From Octopus sinensis (taxonomy: Eukaryota), in contig NC_042997.1 in the NCBI RefSeq assembly GCF_006345805.1, forward strand, positions 171,430,001 to 171,494,000: DNA of 64,000 bases, read 5' to 3'. The notes under the pieces were generated by a model that saw only the letters and a program-made list of their open reading frames with translations, was not told where the DNA came from and did not search any database. The position numbers and the translations under genes were made by a program. This document shows positions 25,394 to 40,257 of the stretch, piece by piece. The stretch's first letter is position 1, and every line of letters begins with the position of its first letter.

Positions 25394-28192
25394 ATATATT
25401 TTTGTATACATATATCTATGTATCTGTCTTTGTGCCCCCATTATCACTTGACAACCCGTGTTGGTATATTTACATCCCCATAATTTAGCAGTTTGGCAAA
25501 AGAGACCAATAGAATAAGTACTAGGTTTAAAATGTAATTCATGGGGTCAATTTGTTTGACTAAAACCCTTCAAGGCAGTGCTCCTGCATGGCCACAGTCA
25601 AATGACTAAGACAGCTAAAAGAATAAATGAATAAAAGAATATATATATATATGTATATATCATCATCATCATCATCATCGTCATCATCTTATGTCTGTTG
25701 TCCATGCTGGTATGAGCTCGATTGTTCGACTGGGCTGGCATGCTGGAAAGCTGCACCAGGCTCCAGTCAGATTTGGCACGGTTTTCTAAAGCTGGATGCC
25801 CTTCCTAACACTAGCCACTCCGAGAGTGTAATGGATGTTTTTATGTGCCACTGGCACCGGTGCCATTTACATGACTCTGGCATCTGCCACGACTGCAATT
25901 TTGCTCAGTTTGATGGGTCTTCTTCTCAAGTGCAACATAATACCTAAAGGTCTTGGTCATTGCCCTCCATAAGGCCCAACACTCAAAAGACAGTGCTGGC
26001 TGTCTAATTAAGACACACTCCTTTTCTCGATTAAAGTGAATGTAAAAATCTACCAAAAGTATCATTTTAGATTGATCTTCCTATCTGTCAACCAACAAAG
26101 TATAAGTCTTAGGATAGAAGGCGGTACGTATGATCCTTACAGGGCCTCCAAGGTTGATGAAAGGGAAGGAGCCAGATATCCTCTAGCATGAACTTCACTA
26201 AAGGTACTCAAAGTGACAAGTGGTGATTTTAAACCTGGCAATGGATTAAGTTTGTGACCCGAGTAGGCCTTGGTTGGATTAGAACACAGAGCACAAAGAG
26301 CTAGAACAAATATCAAGGCATCTGGTCCTGAAGTTCTTCAGTTCTGCCTTGAAGATGGTGTCCCAGCATGGCTACAGTCCAATGACTGAAACAAGTAAAC
26401 GATGAAAAATAAAACCTTGAATTGTATTTGTAAAAGTCTTCAGTCTATGATACCCCATGCTGCACACTTGTGCACTGCAGCTCACTGTTTGAGAACCACT
26501 GCTCTAGACATCCATTGTGGCATGTGCAAGCCTATATTTTCCAGCTGGGGTTTCCCTCAACCTCAAGTTTATCCAACACATCTCTAGAACTTTTGCGAAA
26601 CAGTGATAAATAAAGTAATTATATGTAAATGCATTTTGGTATTTAAATCTATATTCATAATTTTATTAAACACACACAGCAGAAGATCTAGATGTAGACC
26701 ATGAACAAGATGGTTGGATAATAACTTAAACTGATGGTGCTTTTTGAGAGGATCTTTTAAAGGCCTTGTTTACAAACTCTGTTCTCACAACCCTCACATG
26801 AAAAAGTGGGTAATGAAGAAGGATAGGTGAATGGACTAGCATGGAATATTCCTGACAGTAAGAAAATCCGGTATTGGTAGATAGTAAGATGACCCTACAT
26901 GGAAAATTGCCTCTTGATAGAAAATTGTAAGGAAAATTATTTTAAATAAGTTCTTGAGTAAAGTGAAATTTCTGAAAGCATCTTGGTCATGTCTGATAGA
27001 TTTAGGCTGCTGAAATTTGGCATTTAAATTCTTCTGTGAAATATAATGTTTATTCATTCACATTGTTTTAAATTAAGCATGCATTATCTTGTAGCTTCAA
27101 GATTTTGATGATATGATTGTTTGTTTTTAGAATGACATTGTAGGGTAGGTGTGAGAAGCGAAAGCTGACCAGTTTGAGCATAAAACAGGCAGAATATTTG
27201 GGCCAGATATGGCTAGTTTAAATGCTAAAGAGTTAAAAGCGAAAACAGTTTTATGATTCAATATCTCATGAAATTTAAAATTTATGAAAGAGAAAGAAAG
27301 AAAATGATTAATAAAGATATTATAATAATTTTTATCTACGAATCCCTTAAGACATGGTATTGTATTTCAAGGGGTTTCCTAAGACAAAGTATGTGGAATG
27401 CTGCCTTAGAAGGTGATATCCAAGCTTGGCAATAGTTGTGTGGCTTAAATCTGTAAAAGAGTGTTAATAACTAATAACCCATTTATGTTTGTATACTCTT
27501 TTACTCTTTTACTTGTTTCAGTCATTTGACTGCGGCCATGCTGGAGCACCGCCTTTAATCGAGCAACTCGACCCCGGGACTTATTCTATTGTAAGCCCAG
27601 TACTTATTCTAGCGGTCTCTTTTGCTGAACTGCTAAGTAACTGGGACATAAACACACCAGCTTCGCTTGTCAAGCAATGCTAGGGGGACAAACACAGACA
27701 CACAAACACACGCACGCATATATATATATATACATATATAGATGAACATCAATGGAATTTGTATCTTGTGGTACCAGTGCCTGTGGCACACAAGAAATCC
27801 ATCAGTGCCGTAGTCAGTGCGGTGGGCACATGACAAACACCATCCGATCGTGGCCGTTCGCCAGCCTCATCTAGCACCTGTGTCGGTGGCACATAAAAAC
27901 ACCATCCGAAGACCCGGCAAGACTAGTCAGGCCATAACCCATGGCCCCTACCTGGGACGTAGTCAGTCCACCTGTGCATACCTTCCTTCTTGTGACACTT
28001 GTGAAGACCTGTTGAGGCAAGTGAAAATCAAATCAAATCAAATCAAAACAAATCAAAATAGATGAACATCAATGGAATTTGTATCTTTGTGGTACCAGTG
28101 CCGGTGGCACGTGGCACATAAGAAGACCATCCGAACGTGGCCGTAGCCAGTACCGCATCGACTGGCCTCCGTGCTGTGGGCACGTAACAAGC

Positions 28193-28503
28193 ACCATCCG
28201 ATCGTGGCCGTTTGCCAGCCTCATCTGGCACCTGTGTCGGTGGCACATAAAAACACCATCCGAGCGTGGCCGTCTGCCAGCCTCGTCTGGCACCTGTGTC
28301 GGTGGCACATAAAAACACCATCCGAGCGTGGCCGTCTGCCAGCCTCGTCTGGCACCTGTGTCGGTGTGGCACATAAAAACACCATCCGAGCGTGGCCGTC
28401 TGCCAGCCTCGTCTGGCACCTGTGTCGGTGGCACATAAAAACACCATCCGAGCGTGGCCGTTTGTCAGCCTCGTCTGGCACCTGTGTCGGTGGCACATAA
28501 AAT
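28193..28503. repeat. 62-bp GC-rich tandem repeat (5 units) inside a SINE-like element
   Basis: cgtggcc recurs at 28203, 28265, 28327, 28391 and 28453. Confidence 0.9.
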
Positions 28504-31500
28504 CACCCACTACACTCTCGGAGTGGTTGGCGTTAGGAAGGGCATCCAGCTGTAGAAACACTGCCAGATCTGACTGGACTGGTGCAGCTTTCGGGCTCCC
28601 CAGACCCCAGTTGAACCGTCCAACCCATGCTAGCATGGAAAGCGGACGTTAAATGATGATGATGATGATGATGATGATGATACGACGGGCTTCTTTCAGT
28701 TTCCGTCTACCAAATCTACTCACAAGGCTTTGGTTTGCCCGAGGCTATAGTAGAAGACACTTGCCCAAGGTGCCATGCAGTGGGACTGAACCCGGAACCA
28801 TGTGGTTGGTAAACAAGCTACTTACCACACAGCCACTCCTGCACCTATTAATAAAGATATTATAATAATATATATACATTTTTTTCTAAAAAGTAGATTG
28901 CCCATGTATTTATTTCAATTAATTTTCAATATAATGAGGAGTTCGGAAAGGTTAAGTAAAAAAAAATATCTGTAATTTTATGTATTGGTTAAATATTGAT
29001 CTATTGAAATCTCGGGTCATTGTTCCCTTAGTAATGAGATTTTGATATTGATTTTAGAATGAATATGGTAACTTGAGTAATAGCTGACTCTGGTGTACTG
29101 AAATATACACACACAGCAAGAATGAAAATACTGTTTCAATTATGAGGTCTAGAAATAAGAATTAACCCTATCATGGTTAAATTGCCAAACTGCAAAAAAA
29201 AACAAAACAAAACCCCCCCCAAAAAAACAGAAAATGAAAAAATTCTAAAATTATAACTGAAAAAGTTTCAATAGCTGTCACATAGTACAATAGTTTGCAT
29301 GCAATAATGTTGTACAAATGTAAGGAATCCTTAGAGCTCATCTAAGCTTTCAATTTTGCAATTTTCTTTCCATAATAGCATATTATTTGAAGCGTTAAGA
29401 ATTATTAACAATTGGTATTGTAGGTCTAAAAAAGGTGTTATTGCCAGGTATACAATCAAAAGTGTCAGCCTTTGATCATGTGGCAGAAACCGTTATAATT
29501 TTCATTTTTTTATCCTTCATTATAGCACTAGGCTGAGTATTTTTGTGAAAGGATATACCAAAACCAATGAAACAAATATTCTGTATAGATATTGCAAGTC
29601 AGAATTATTAGAGCACTGGAAAAAGTGCTTTGCTGTTATTCTTTTGGTGTTTTATAAACTGAGTTCAAATCCCACTGATATAAATTCTGCTTTTCATCTT
29701 TTTGGGGTCAAGAAAATAAAGTACCAGTTAAGTATTGGGGGTTCATGGTACTGACTAGTCCTTCCTCCCTGCAAATTTGTTGCCATCTGCCTATATTAGA
29801 AACAACAAAAACAACAACTACTACCACCATCACCACCACCACTACCACTGTTGCTGCCACTACCACCACCACCACCACCACCACCGCCACTGCCATTGCC
29901 ACTGCCACTGTTGCTGCTGCTACTACTGCTACCACCACCACCACCACCACCATATATATATATACATTATGTTTTCGTTTCTCATTGTGTTCAGCATTTT
30001 TTTTTGATGTCCTGTACCCATATATGCATGTATATATACATATAGATGTAGGTATATACATATATGTATCTATATATATGCATATATTTATATATCATTT
30101 ATATCATTATATGATCAAACACCACGCATCCTTTTCCAAGTAAGTTTTATCTTAATAATTATGATGCGCACTCTTCTTTACTATTTCTCTGGTCTATCTC
30201 TCTCCCTCTCTTGTTCTTCATCCTTTCTGTTTTTCTCTCCCACCCTTCTCTATTCTTCTCCTCTCCCCTTCACTGTTTCCTCTCTCTTACTCCTCCCCCC
30301 CCGACTCTCTCGTCACTGACACGTGATCAGAGGGAAGCCATCTTTCCAACTGCTATCTTCACCAAGACCAGACCGTTTATCCTGTCTCTCATAATAAGCT
30401 GTCTCCTCAAGCATTCAGAATAATTTTCCATCGTCTTGACTTAACAGCCCTCATCATTTGTTTTTACCGTGTTATTCTCCTTGTCCTGTCTTTAACTGTT
30501 TTACTTTTATTGTTTTACTGTCTTGTTCTGTTCTCACTGTCCTGTTCTTGTTACCACTTTTTCCCCTCCGCAAAAAATCCCAAATTTTATTTAATTTGCT
30601 TTGCGAGAAGGACTGTTTCAACGAAGTTACGTCTTGTCCTTACGTGAAGTAGATGAAACAGAGACAACTGAAGAAGGGGAATATTCCTTGTGTTGTATGT
30701 CTTGTACTCTGTTTTTTCGTTGTTTGAAAAAGTTTGTTTCCATGTTTTTGTTTTTATGTTTTCGTTTCTCATTGTGTTCAACGTTTTTTTGATGTCCTGT
30801 ACCCATATATGCATGTATATATACATATATGTAGGTATGTACGTATATGTCTGTATATATGCATATATTTATATATTATTTATATTATTATATGATCAAA
30901 TGCCACGCATCCTTTTCCAAGTAAGTTTTATCTATATATATATATATGTGTGTGTGTACACACACACATGCATGCACACACACACACATACACACACACT
31001 CACACACACATATGTAATTTCTGAAGTAGCCTGCAGATTTTAACACTTCTACAGTTTAATATCTTATTGACTTTGTTTTCCTTCACTTCTGCTGCTAATA
31101 TCTCTAGAAAAGACATGCTTGGTAATGCTTTTCCTGTCTTTCATCTTAGAAGAAGGATACATACTGTCATGTTAACCAGGTAGATTAAAATTGCCATAGA
31201 GATATATCATAACTCATTGAAGTCATTCCCTATTTGAGTGTTAATTCTGCATCTCAATGGGTTATGAACTAATCACAACTTCCATACTTTTGATACTCTT
31301 ACCAATGAAGAAACTGGTAAAATACTCTCTGAAGACATTGGAACCTTTGATGAATGACTGAGTACTGACTGAAAAATATCTACACATAATAAATATCGTG
31401 TTAATGCGTATCTCATCTGAGTTTGCTTTCAGTAACTCTCATTGTCAGTACTGACTGATGAGAGGTAATCTGCAGAAGATAATTGCATTAGTCATCCATT

Positions 31501-32640
31501 GATGGATTTGGTGTTATTAAATTAGAAGAAGTCATAATTGATTTGTCTATCCAAAAACACCTCTGTAGATTTATTCCCCAAAATCATTAGTGGCAAAGTA
31601 CCAGTGGCATTTCAAAGATTCTTAGTTCTTGATAACCCATTTTACCGAACTTTAAATAGGCATCAGTGGAATATGTAGAATTCTCTATTAAGTAGATATT
31701 GCTTGCTTTTCAATTAGGTAGAAACACCTACTGTGTTGGTGAATAAATAGATGGAACTGCAGTGTTGCCAGAAAAATGAAAATAAAATTAGGCATTGACT
31801 GCAGTGAACTTCCAAAATGAGGACATCTGGAATAATGGAGGTCCTAAGTTAATGGAAATAGTAGCCAAATTTTCCTCAAATCACATTTTGTTATTGTGAA
31901 AAAAGAACACATTAAATGATGTAGTTCAAGATACATTATGTCCGAGGAAGTCATTGGCTACATAATGTCATTATTCTGGATGTCATTATAATAGGAGTGC
32001 TAACCTAACAGAAATAGCAGCTAAATTTCCCTCAAATCACATTCTATTATCGTGGAAACAGAAGACTACATTTGGTGATGTAGCCTAAGAGCTGTAGGTA
32101 ATGTAAGTTATGAAGAATAAAAATATTCTGCTGATGTGAATAAAGAAAATTTTGCTGGAACATGGGGCAGGTCAAGTGACAACTAGGCTTACATAAGGAT
32201 AATGATGGTATTGTAGTTGATGGTGGTGGTGGTGGTGGTGGTGTGATGGTGGTGAAAGCGATGAGGATGATAATGATGATGATGATGATGTCATCATGGC
32301 CAATGCCAGTGTCACATAACAAGCACCCATGCCAGTGGCATGTAAAAAGCACCCTTTGAACATGGGGCCTCACAGAAGCAATGGTAAGTGACTGAGATGA
32401 CCAAGACCTTTTGTGAAATGCTGTACTTGAGAAGCCTTGTCAAGCCAAGTGAAAGCTTAGTTGTGGCCAATGCCAGTGTCACGTAACTGGCACCCATGTG
32501 GGGGTATGTAAAAAGCACCCATTACACTCTTGGAGTGGTTGGGCATTAGGAAAGGCATCCAGCCATTGAAACCATGCCAAATCAGACTAGAACCTGGTGT
32601 AGTCCTACAGCTTACTAGTTTCAGTCAAACCGTCCAACCC

Positions 32641-33020
32641 ATGATGATGATGATGATGATGAGAATGAGGATGATAAAGATGATTCTGTTGATAATGACA
32701 ATGATCATGATGATGAGGAGGATGAGGATGCTGCTGCTACTGCTGACGATGATGATGATGATGATGCTGATGATGATAATGACGACAATGATGGTGATGA
32801 TGATGATGAGAATGAGGATGATAAAGATGATTTTGTTGATAATGACAATGATCATGATGAAGAGGAGGATGAAGATGCTGCTGCTACTGCTGACGATGAT
32901 GATGATGATGCTAATACTGATGCTGATGATGATGATGGCGACAATGATGGTGATGGTGATATGATGAATAGACTGCTGATACAGTTGCCGATAGTGATGA
33001 TGTTGATGATGTTGATGATG
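32641..33020. repeat. (GAT)n-derived degenerate tract with an internal ~147-bp duplication
   Basis: gagaatgaggatgataaagatg at 32661 and 32808; continues the (ATG)n tail of the upstream SINE. Confidence 0.85.
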
Positions 33021-33594
33021 TCATATCATCATTTTGCTTTAAAACAAAACTCCATCAATCTACCTTAGAATGTGTGTACCTTTGAGGTTTATTTTTTTTT
33101 TTTATACATATTTTGGGGTCAGAAGGAAGAGAACATTTTGCTTTTTCCAATTTAATTTTTAAAAAAACTTATTTTCTTTTTCAAAAACGATAACCGAAAA
33201 AAAAAAAAGAAATTATTTAAAATAAAGTTATTTAAAACTAAAACTGCTTTCTTTCACTTTTTATATTTTAGTTATGATATTTTTGCATAACAATATATTT
33301 GTTTGGTTATTGATGAAGCTACTATTGATTTGTGAAAACTCACCTAAGGAAACTGACTGCATCAGAACCTTAGCAGACAGTTCCATGGCATTATTCACCA
33401 TTTGTTTTGTAGCAGGTAAAAATAAATCAATTATCTCCAAGTATTTGCTACCCCTGTCTCACCCCTTACTCGTTTCCATTGTAATTCAGACATGTTTGGA
33501 TGTATAACTAGTTTCTGTGTAAAAATGAGCGCATGCCTGTGTATGTATGTGTTTATATGATGTGCATATGTTTGTGTGTGCATGTCTGTGTGTA

Positions 33595-33598
33595 TGTG

Positions 33599-33643
<45 letters not shown>

Positions 33644-33655
33644 TGTGTGTGTGTG

Positions 33656-33686
<31 letters not shown>

Positions 33687-34075
33687 TCATCAGATTTCTC
33701 ATGAATATTAGATGCTTGTATAATTCTGATCTGTTTGAATGTATTGCCTCCTTTTCTGTGTAGGATGTGTATATGTGCCTGTACTGTGTGTGTGTGTGTT
33801 TGTGTTTTTGTTTTTATGTGTGTGTTGTTTTGAGCCTTTGTGAGTGTATGCAATCCTGCATGTACATGTTTGTGTAAATATATATCGAAACACAAGTGCT
33901 CACATATAAACACACTCTCCTACATACATACATACATACATACATACATACATACATACATACATACATACATACATACATACATACATACATACATACA
34001 TACATACATACATACATACATACATACATACATACATACATACATACATACATACATTCATACATACACACATAC
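33595..34075. repeat. (GT)n and (TACA)n microsatellites
   Basis: Direct inspection. Confidence 0.95.
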
Positions 34076-34956
34076 ACATGTATGTCTGTACTGATTTTGT
34101 CTTTCTCTGTGTTTCTGTCATACCTTTTCCAAACACATGCATACACAAAAACACACACACATACAAACGTACATTTGCGGCTTTTCTCTATGCATCCAGC
34201 TTGTTCATGATTTTGTATAGAGCTGCAATCTTTGTACAGCTCAGATACACAGGGGAAAGACACATTCTTACATTGCAGCTTGCTGTCTACAGTTACAAAC
34301 TAGAACCTCAGATTGTTTTATAAAACAAGGTCCAGTCCTTGTTGTGGTGTGGTAGTTTGTGTACCACAATGATTCTAAGAGCAATGCCAATGGAGCACAA
34401 ACACCTGGTAGGGTCTCCCATAACATATAACATCGCCCTTTTCAAGCCTAGCCAGACTCGTGGGCCCGGTTTCCCGGTTTCTATGGCATACGTGTTCCCC
34501 CCAGCTGGACGGAATGCCAGTCCATCACAGCATTACTCAAGAAACAGGAAGAGAGAGTGAGAGAAAGTTGTGGCGAAAGAGTACAGTGGAGAGGTATAGC
34601 TCCTTTTCCCAGGTGTGCAATATATGAATAGTTATGATGATGAGGGTTCCAGTTAATTAGATCAATGGAACAGCCTGCTCATGAAATTAATGCGCTCCAT
34701 AGATATGCGTGCCCTTAATGTAGTTTTCAGTGGGAGTCAGCCTGAAATACAGGCACTACTCATTTTTATCAGCCAAGTGGACTGGAGCAACATGAAATAA
34801 AGTGTCTTGCTCTAGGGCATAACACGCTACTGTGCATCAACCTCATGACCTTATGACTGTAAGCTGAATGCCCTAACCATTAAACCAAGCACCTTACAGT
34901 GCAGTTACCTGTAGAGAGGTATAGCTTCTTTTCACAGATGTATAATAAATCATATA

Positions 34957-35173
34957 TGAAGGTGTACCTAACAGTTCCTGGCTTTAAGGGTATCACGAAA
35001 GGCCAAGTTGGAGGCCTAGCCTTCTGAGTTCTTTTACCTGGCTTGGAAAAACTGGAGGACCACTGCAGTAAGTGTGTGAATCTAAGAGGGGAATATGCTG
35101 AATAAAATCATAATTAACTGATCCTCTTGTATTTTCTTTTGCCCAAAGCCAGGAACTTTTCAGCACACTCTTG
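34957..35173. mobile_element. mariner-derived MITE, second copy
   Basis: Homologous to 20444-20659 with TA flanks. Confidence 0.75.
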
Positions 35174-35876
35174 TATGAATAGTAAGAACTGAAGTAAGCC
35201 ATGTATTCAGCCTTGTAAGACCAATACATTTTTGAATGACTGACAGGAAGATTGATCTAAAACAGTGCTTTGCAACCATTTTTTGCCTATGGACCCTTTT
35301 GATTCTTCCTTTACTCTACTGGACCTCCATAGCCATTTGATGTATATAAAAAAAAACCCAAAATATTTTTCATCATCATCATCATTTAGTCTCTGCTTTC
35401 CATGCTGGAATGAGTTAGACAGTTTGACTGGAACTGGTAAGCCAGAGAGCTTGCACAAGGTTCTAGTCTGATTTGGCTTGGTTTCTATGGCTGGATGCCA
35501 TTTCTAACTCCAACCACTCCAAGAATGTAAGGATGCTTATTATGTGCCACCAACATGGGTGCCATTTACATGGCACTGGCAATGACCATGACTAAGGTTT
35601 TACTTGGCTTGATGATTTTTCTCAAGCACAGCATTTTACCGAAGGTCTCAGTTACTTGTCATTGCTTTCATGAAGCCCAACATTCATGGATCATGCTTCA
35701 CCACCTTGTCCCTTGCCTCTGTGACGCCAATATCCGAAGACATCACTACCAGCAACAACCATGATTACGATTTCACAGGTGTCATTTATATGACACTGGC
35801 AACAGCCATAACTAATTTTCTAATTAAATATTATTAGAAATTGTATAAAAATTTTTTTTAATATTTTGTGTATGGT

Positions 35877-36041
35877 ATAGGCGTAGGAGTGGCTGTGTGG
35901 TAAGTAGCTTGCTTACGAACCACATGGTTCCGGGTTCAGTCCCACTGAGTGACACCTTGGGCAAGTGTCTTCTACTATAGCCTCGGGCCGACCAAAGCCT
36001 TGTGAGTGGATTTGGTAGACGGAAACTGAAAAAGCCTGTCG

Positions 36042-36101
<60 letters not shown>

Positions 36102-36320
36102 TATATATGTTTATGTGTCTGTGTTTGTTATCCCAACATCGCTTGACAACCGATGCTGGTGTGTTTATGTCCCTGTAACTTAGCGGTTCAACAAAAGAGA
36201 ACGATAGAATAAGTACTAGGCTTACAAAGAATAAGTCCTGGGGTTGATTTGCTCGACTAAAGGCAGTGCTCCAGCATGGCCACAGTCAAATGACTGAAAC
36301 AAATTAAAAGAGTAAAAAGA
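35877..36320 (+). mobile_element. Same SINE family, full-length copy
   Basis: Same head, body and tail as 735-1387. Confidence 0.8.
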
Positions 36321-37674
36321 GGTAGAAATATAAGCAATTTATTGCAGATAAATTTTAACAACAAAATCCTATAAGGACCCCCAAGGGTCATATGGACCCT
36401 GCTTGAGGACCACTGCTCTAAAATGATACCTTTGATAGATTTTACAATCGCTTTAGTAGTTTCCAGAGTATCTCTTTGGATTTCAGAGTTCTTTTGAACC
36501 ATACTCTGCTAGAAGTGATACATACTCTTCTAGGACTGTGACACATACTTTATAACTATCACAGTAAAAATACCTGTTGTGCTGGGATTTGGTCCGAATC
36601 CAAATTGTCTTTTAGAAATATCTAGATTTTCTTCAATCAGTAACTTTATTGTTGTTTCTTGACTGTTGATTTCATTACTTTGATGTTGAGTGATGATCAG
36701 TATTTCGGTGGCTCAGTTCTAGAATTCGTCTTGCCTAGAGGTTTTATAAAACAAGGTCCAGTCCTTGTGGTGTGGTAGCTTGTGTGCCACAATAATTCTA
36801 AGAGCAATGCCAATGGAGCACAAACACCTGGTAGGGTCTCCCATAACATATAACGTTGCCCTTTTCAAGCCTAACCAGGCTCATGATCCTGGTTTCCCAG
36901 TTTCTGTGGCATATGCGTTCCTCCCAGCTGGACAGGATACCAGTCCATCGCAGCATTACTCAAGAAACAGGAGGAGAGAGTGAGAGAAAGTGGTGGCGAA
37001 AGAGTACAACAGGGGTCACCACCACCCCCTGCTGGAACCTCGTGGAGCTTTTAGGTGTTTTTGCTCAATAAATACACACAATGCCTGGTCTGGGAATTGA
37101 AACTGCGATCCTCCGACTGCAAGTCCGCTGCCCTAACCACTGGGCCATTGCGCCTCCACATACTGGAGTAAAACAGTAAAAAGAGTAAGAGTAATCCCTA
37201 AAATACTACCATGGGCCCAAAAACGTTTTATATGAACCTCCCCAGGGTTCATATGGACCCAGTTGAGAACCACTAGCTTAAGTGTAAAATAAATATTATA
37301 AGTGAGGTTTTCAACTTATTTAGAATAATACTGCAAATAAATCAAAAATTGAAATAGGGAAAACTAGGAGCAGTTTGCTCCATAGTGTTCCTTCACAATT
37401 TTTATTAAAATCTGGAAAATTTTTTGCAGTTTGAATTCCTGTTTTCAATTTGAATCTTAATGATATTTTCTGTTTTCAAGATGATGTTCCATAGCATTGT
37501 GTCAGATTGTCAGATGTTTTGTGGTTGGCCGTCAGCTTTCCATATTTGATACTGGCAAAACACATTGACTTCACCATTTGTTGTCAAATGTGCAGTTGTG
37601 TAGTGTTTCTTGATGAGGACATGAATGTGGTCTGTTGTGCCAGAGAAAGGAGAGAGAGGGAGGAAGAGCAAGAG

Positions 37675-37689
37675 ATAGATAGATAAATG

Positions 37690-37752
<63 letters not shown>

Positions 37753-37899
37753 GGATGGATGGATGGATGGATGGATGGATGGATGGATGGATGGATGGAT
37801 GGATGGATGGATGGATGGATGGATGGATGGATGGATGGATGGATGGATGGATGGATGGATGGATGGATGGGTAGGTAGGTAGGTAAGTAGGTAGGTAGG

Positions 37900-37953
<54 letters not shown>

Positions 37954-37955
37954 TA
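37675..37955. repeat. Compound (GATA)n-(GGAT)n-(GGTA)n-(GATA)n microsatellite
   Basis: Direct inspection. Confidence 0.95.
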
Positions 37956-38689
37956 GTGTGACTGATTGGGTGAGTTTACAAGGCTCTACAATTCTTGTTA
38001 ATATTGTTGCTTCTTAAGATGATGAGCTGGCAGAATTGTTGACCCACCAGACAAAATGCTAAGGGTCATTTTGTTTGCCTATACATTCTAAGTTCAAATT
38101 CTATGGTCGACTTTGCCTTTCATCTTTTCGAGGTTGATAAAATGAGCACTAGTTAAGTATTGGGGCTGATGTAATCAACTAGGCCCTTTCCCTGAAATTG
38201 ATGGCCTTATGCCAAAATTTGAAATCAATATTGTTGCCTCTGAATTGTTATTGCACCAGGCAAAATGCTTAGTGGTATTTCGTCTGTCTTTATACTTTGA
38301 GTTCAAATTCTGCCATGGTTGACTTTATCAGTTGAACACTGAAATTTTTGGCCTTTTGCCAAAATTTGAAACCAATATTGTTGCTTCTTGATTATTTCAT
38401 TCACTTAGTTTTCATCGTGCTTTGTTTCCACCTAATTCTCTGCCACAATGTATTATGGATTTGCTGAAGAAGAAATATTTGTTCTTTGAAGTAATACACT
38501 TCTTTAACTGAAAGAGTTTCATTCCAGTGACTGGTCTGTATTTGCCTTTGAACCAAGCTTTATAAGTGGATTTTTTTCACCGTTGACTTTGTTTGCAATG
38601 CAAATGTGCATAATTTTGTAAACAATTTCTCTAACTAAAATCCAGATTTTCCTATGATGTTTCTTTTAAATAATACTTATACACTCTCA

Positions 38690-38701
38690 CATGTATGTAT
38701 G

Positions 38702-38735
<34 letters not shown>

Positions 38736-39063
38736 TGTATGTATGTATGTATGTATGTATGTATGTATGTATGTATGTATGCATGTATGTATGTATGAAT
38801 GTATTGTATGTATGTATGTATGTATGTATGTATGTATGTCATTGCTCAGTTTTATTTCAAGATTTCTTGCCAATAGAGAATGAGCTGGTTTCTAGCCTAT
38901 ATCCAAGGCTCCTTCATTGGAATTTCAACATCAGCAATAAGGTATTTTGTATGTATGTATGTATGTATGTATGTATGTATGTATGTATGTATGTATGTAT
39001 GTATGTATGATTGCATGCATGCATGCATGTATGTATGTATGTATGTGTGTGTGTGTATGTATG

Positions 39064-39097
<34 letters not shown>

Positions 39098-39099
39098 TG

Positions 39100-39131
<32 letters not shown>

Positions 39132-40245
39132 CATGCATGTATGTATGTATGTATATGTGCAGATTTGTATTTCTTGCTTTATGTATGTATTCTCATGCAT
39201 ATAGTTGCATATCTAGACATGGTCATATATATTTAAATGATAAACTTCTGAAAAGTTTACAGATTTTCACAGTTCCAGTAATGGATTGGATCTGTAGTCT
39301 TCAGATTAGCTTTCTCCTTTCTGGTTTTGAGAAGCCTAATTTCTCAAGATTATTATTTAGGTAGTGTGTGACATATCCCGAGGCCCAAAAATTACAGGTA
39401 TAAACTTGAAATTGCAATCTGGATAGAGTAACTGCAGATTTCTCAATAGTTCAGCATAGGTGTTCTCTTTTTCACTGATCTTCAGCTTTATGTTAACATC
39501 AGCTGGGCAGCTAATTTCCACAACTGTGCATAGTTTTTTTCTCTGTCTCAAATCACTATATCAGGTCTATTGTGCTTACAGTTATTGAGGTCTTCACTGA
39601 GACAGTCTACTAATACTCCTTTTTATTATGAGTGGTTATAGCTTCTACCATAATGTGGGTTCATATTTCTTTGTCTTCGGAGTTATCCTTCTGATGGATT
39701 TCATTATAGAGTGTCCTAGCTATAACATCAGGTCTCATCGGTAGATAATACCATGATGATATTTTCAGACAACTGCTTATGATGAGGGTGATATCTTCAG
39801 TGTTAACTCCACAAAGTCTGCAACAGTTGTCACATTTTACTGCTTTTCTTTTATGTATGTATGTATGTATGCATGCATGCCTGCATGTATGTATGTATGT
39901 ATGTATGTATGTATGTGTGTATGTATGTATGTATGTATGTATGTATGTATGTATGTATGCATGTATGTATGGATGGATGAATGTATATATGTATGTATGT
40001 GTGTATGTATGTATGTATGTATGTATGCATGTATGTATGGATGGATGAGTGTATATATGTATGTATGTATGTGTATGTATGTATGTATGTATGTATGTAT
40101 GTATGTACGTATGTATGTACATGTGTATGTATGTATGTATGTATGTACGTGTGTATGTATGTATGTATGTATGTATGTATTTATGTATGTATGTATGTAT
40201 GTATGTATGTATGTATGTATGTATGTATGTATGTATGTATAGATT
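38690..40245. repeat. Three (TATG)n microsatellite blocks (~38690-38840, 38945-39160, 39850-40245)
   Basis: Direct inspection; source of the spurious MYVC/HTYI ORFs. Confidence 0.95.
38860..39850 (-). mobile_element. RLE-type (R4-like) LINE relic broken by (TATG)n expansions
   Basis: CRLCGVNTEDITLIISSC...RPDVIA (CCHC region) and CTVVEISCPADVNI...KENTYAELLRNLQLLYPDCNFKFIPVIFG (RLE region). Confidence 0.7.
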
Positions 40246-40257
40246 GATGTATGTACA

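Larger units (their letters stand above)
34320..37140 (+). repeat. Two copies (~34320-34580 and ~36745-37140) of another SINE-like family
   Basis: Shared tttataaaacaaggtccagtccttg...gagcacaaacacctggtagggtctcccataacatataac...cccagctggac...cattactcaagaaacagga. Confidence 0.7.

Noticed and set aside
28193-28503. CRISPR-like array of hairpin repeats
   Set aside because: Units are contiguous with no unique spacers, sit inside a eukaryotic SINE-like element, and there are no cas genes.
29708-30143. Poly-V/T/H/P ORFs
   Set aside because: (ACC)n/(GCT)n triplet repeats with no other coding evidence.
30664-30700. CTGAAGA + hairpin, hammerhead-like
   Set aside because: The GAAA box is missing.
31740-31790. 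AVPSI motif reminiscent of THAP domains on the minus strand
   Set aside because: Flanked by stops, wrong spacing and no C2CH ligands.
32530-32964. 144-aa Met-rich ORF
   Set aside because: Read-through of a SINE (ATG)n tail.
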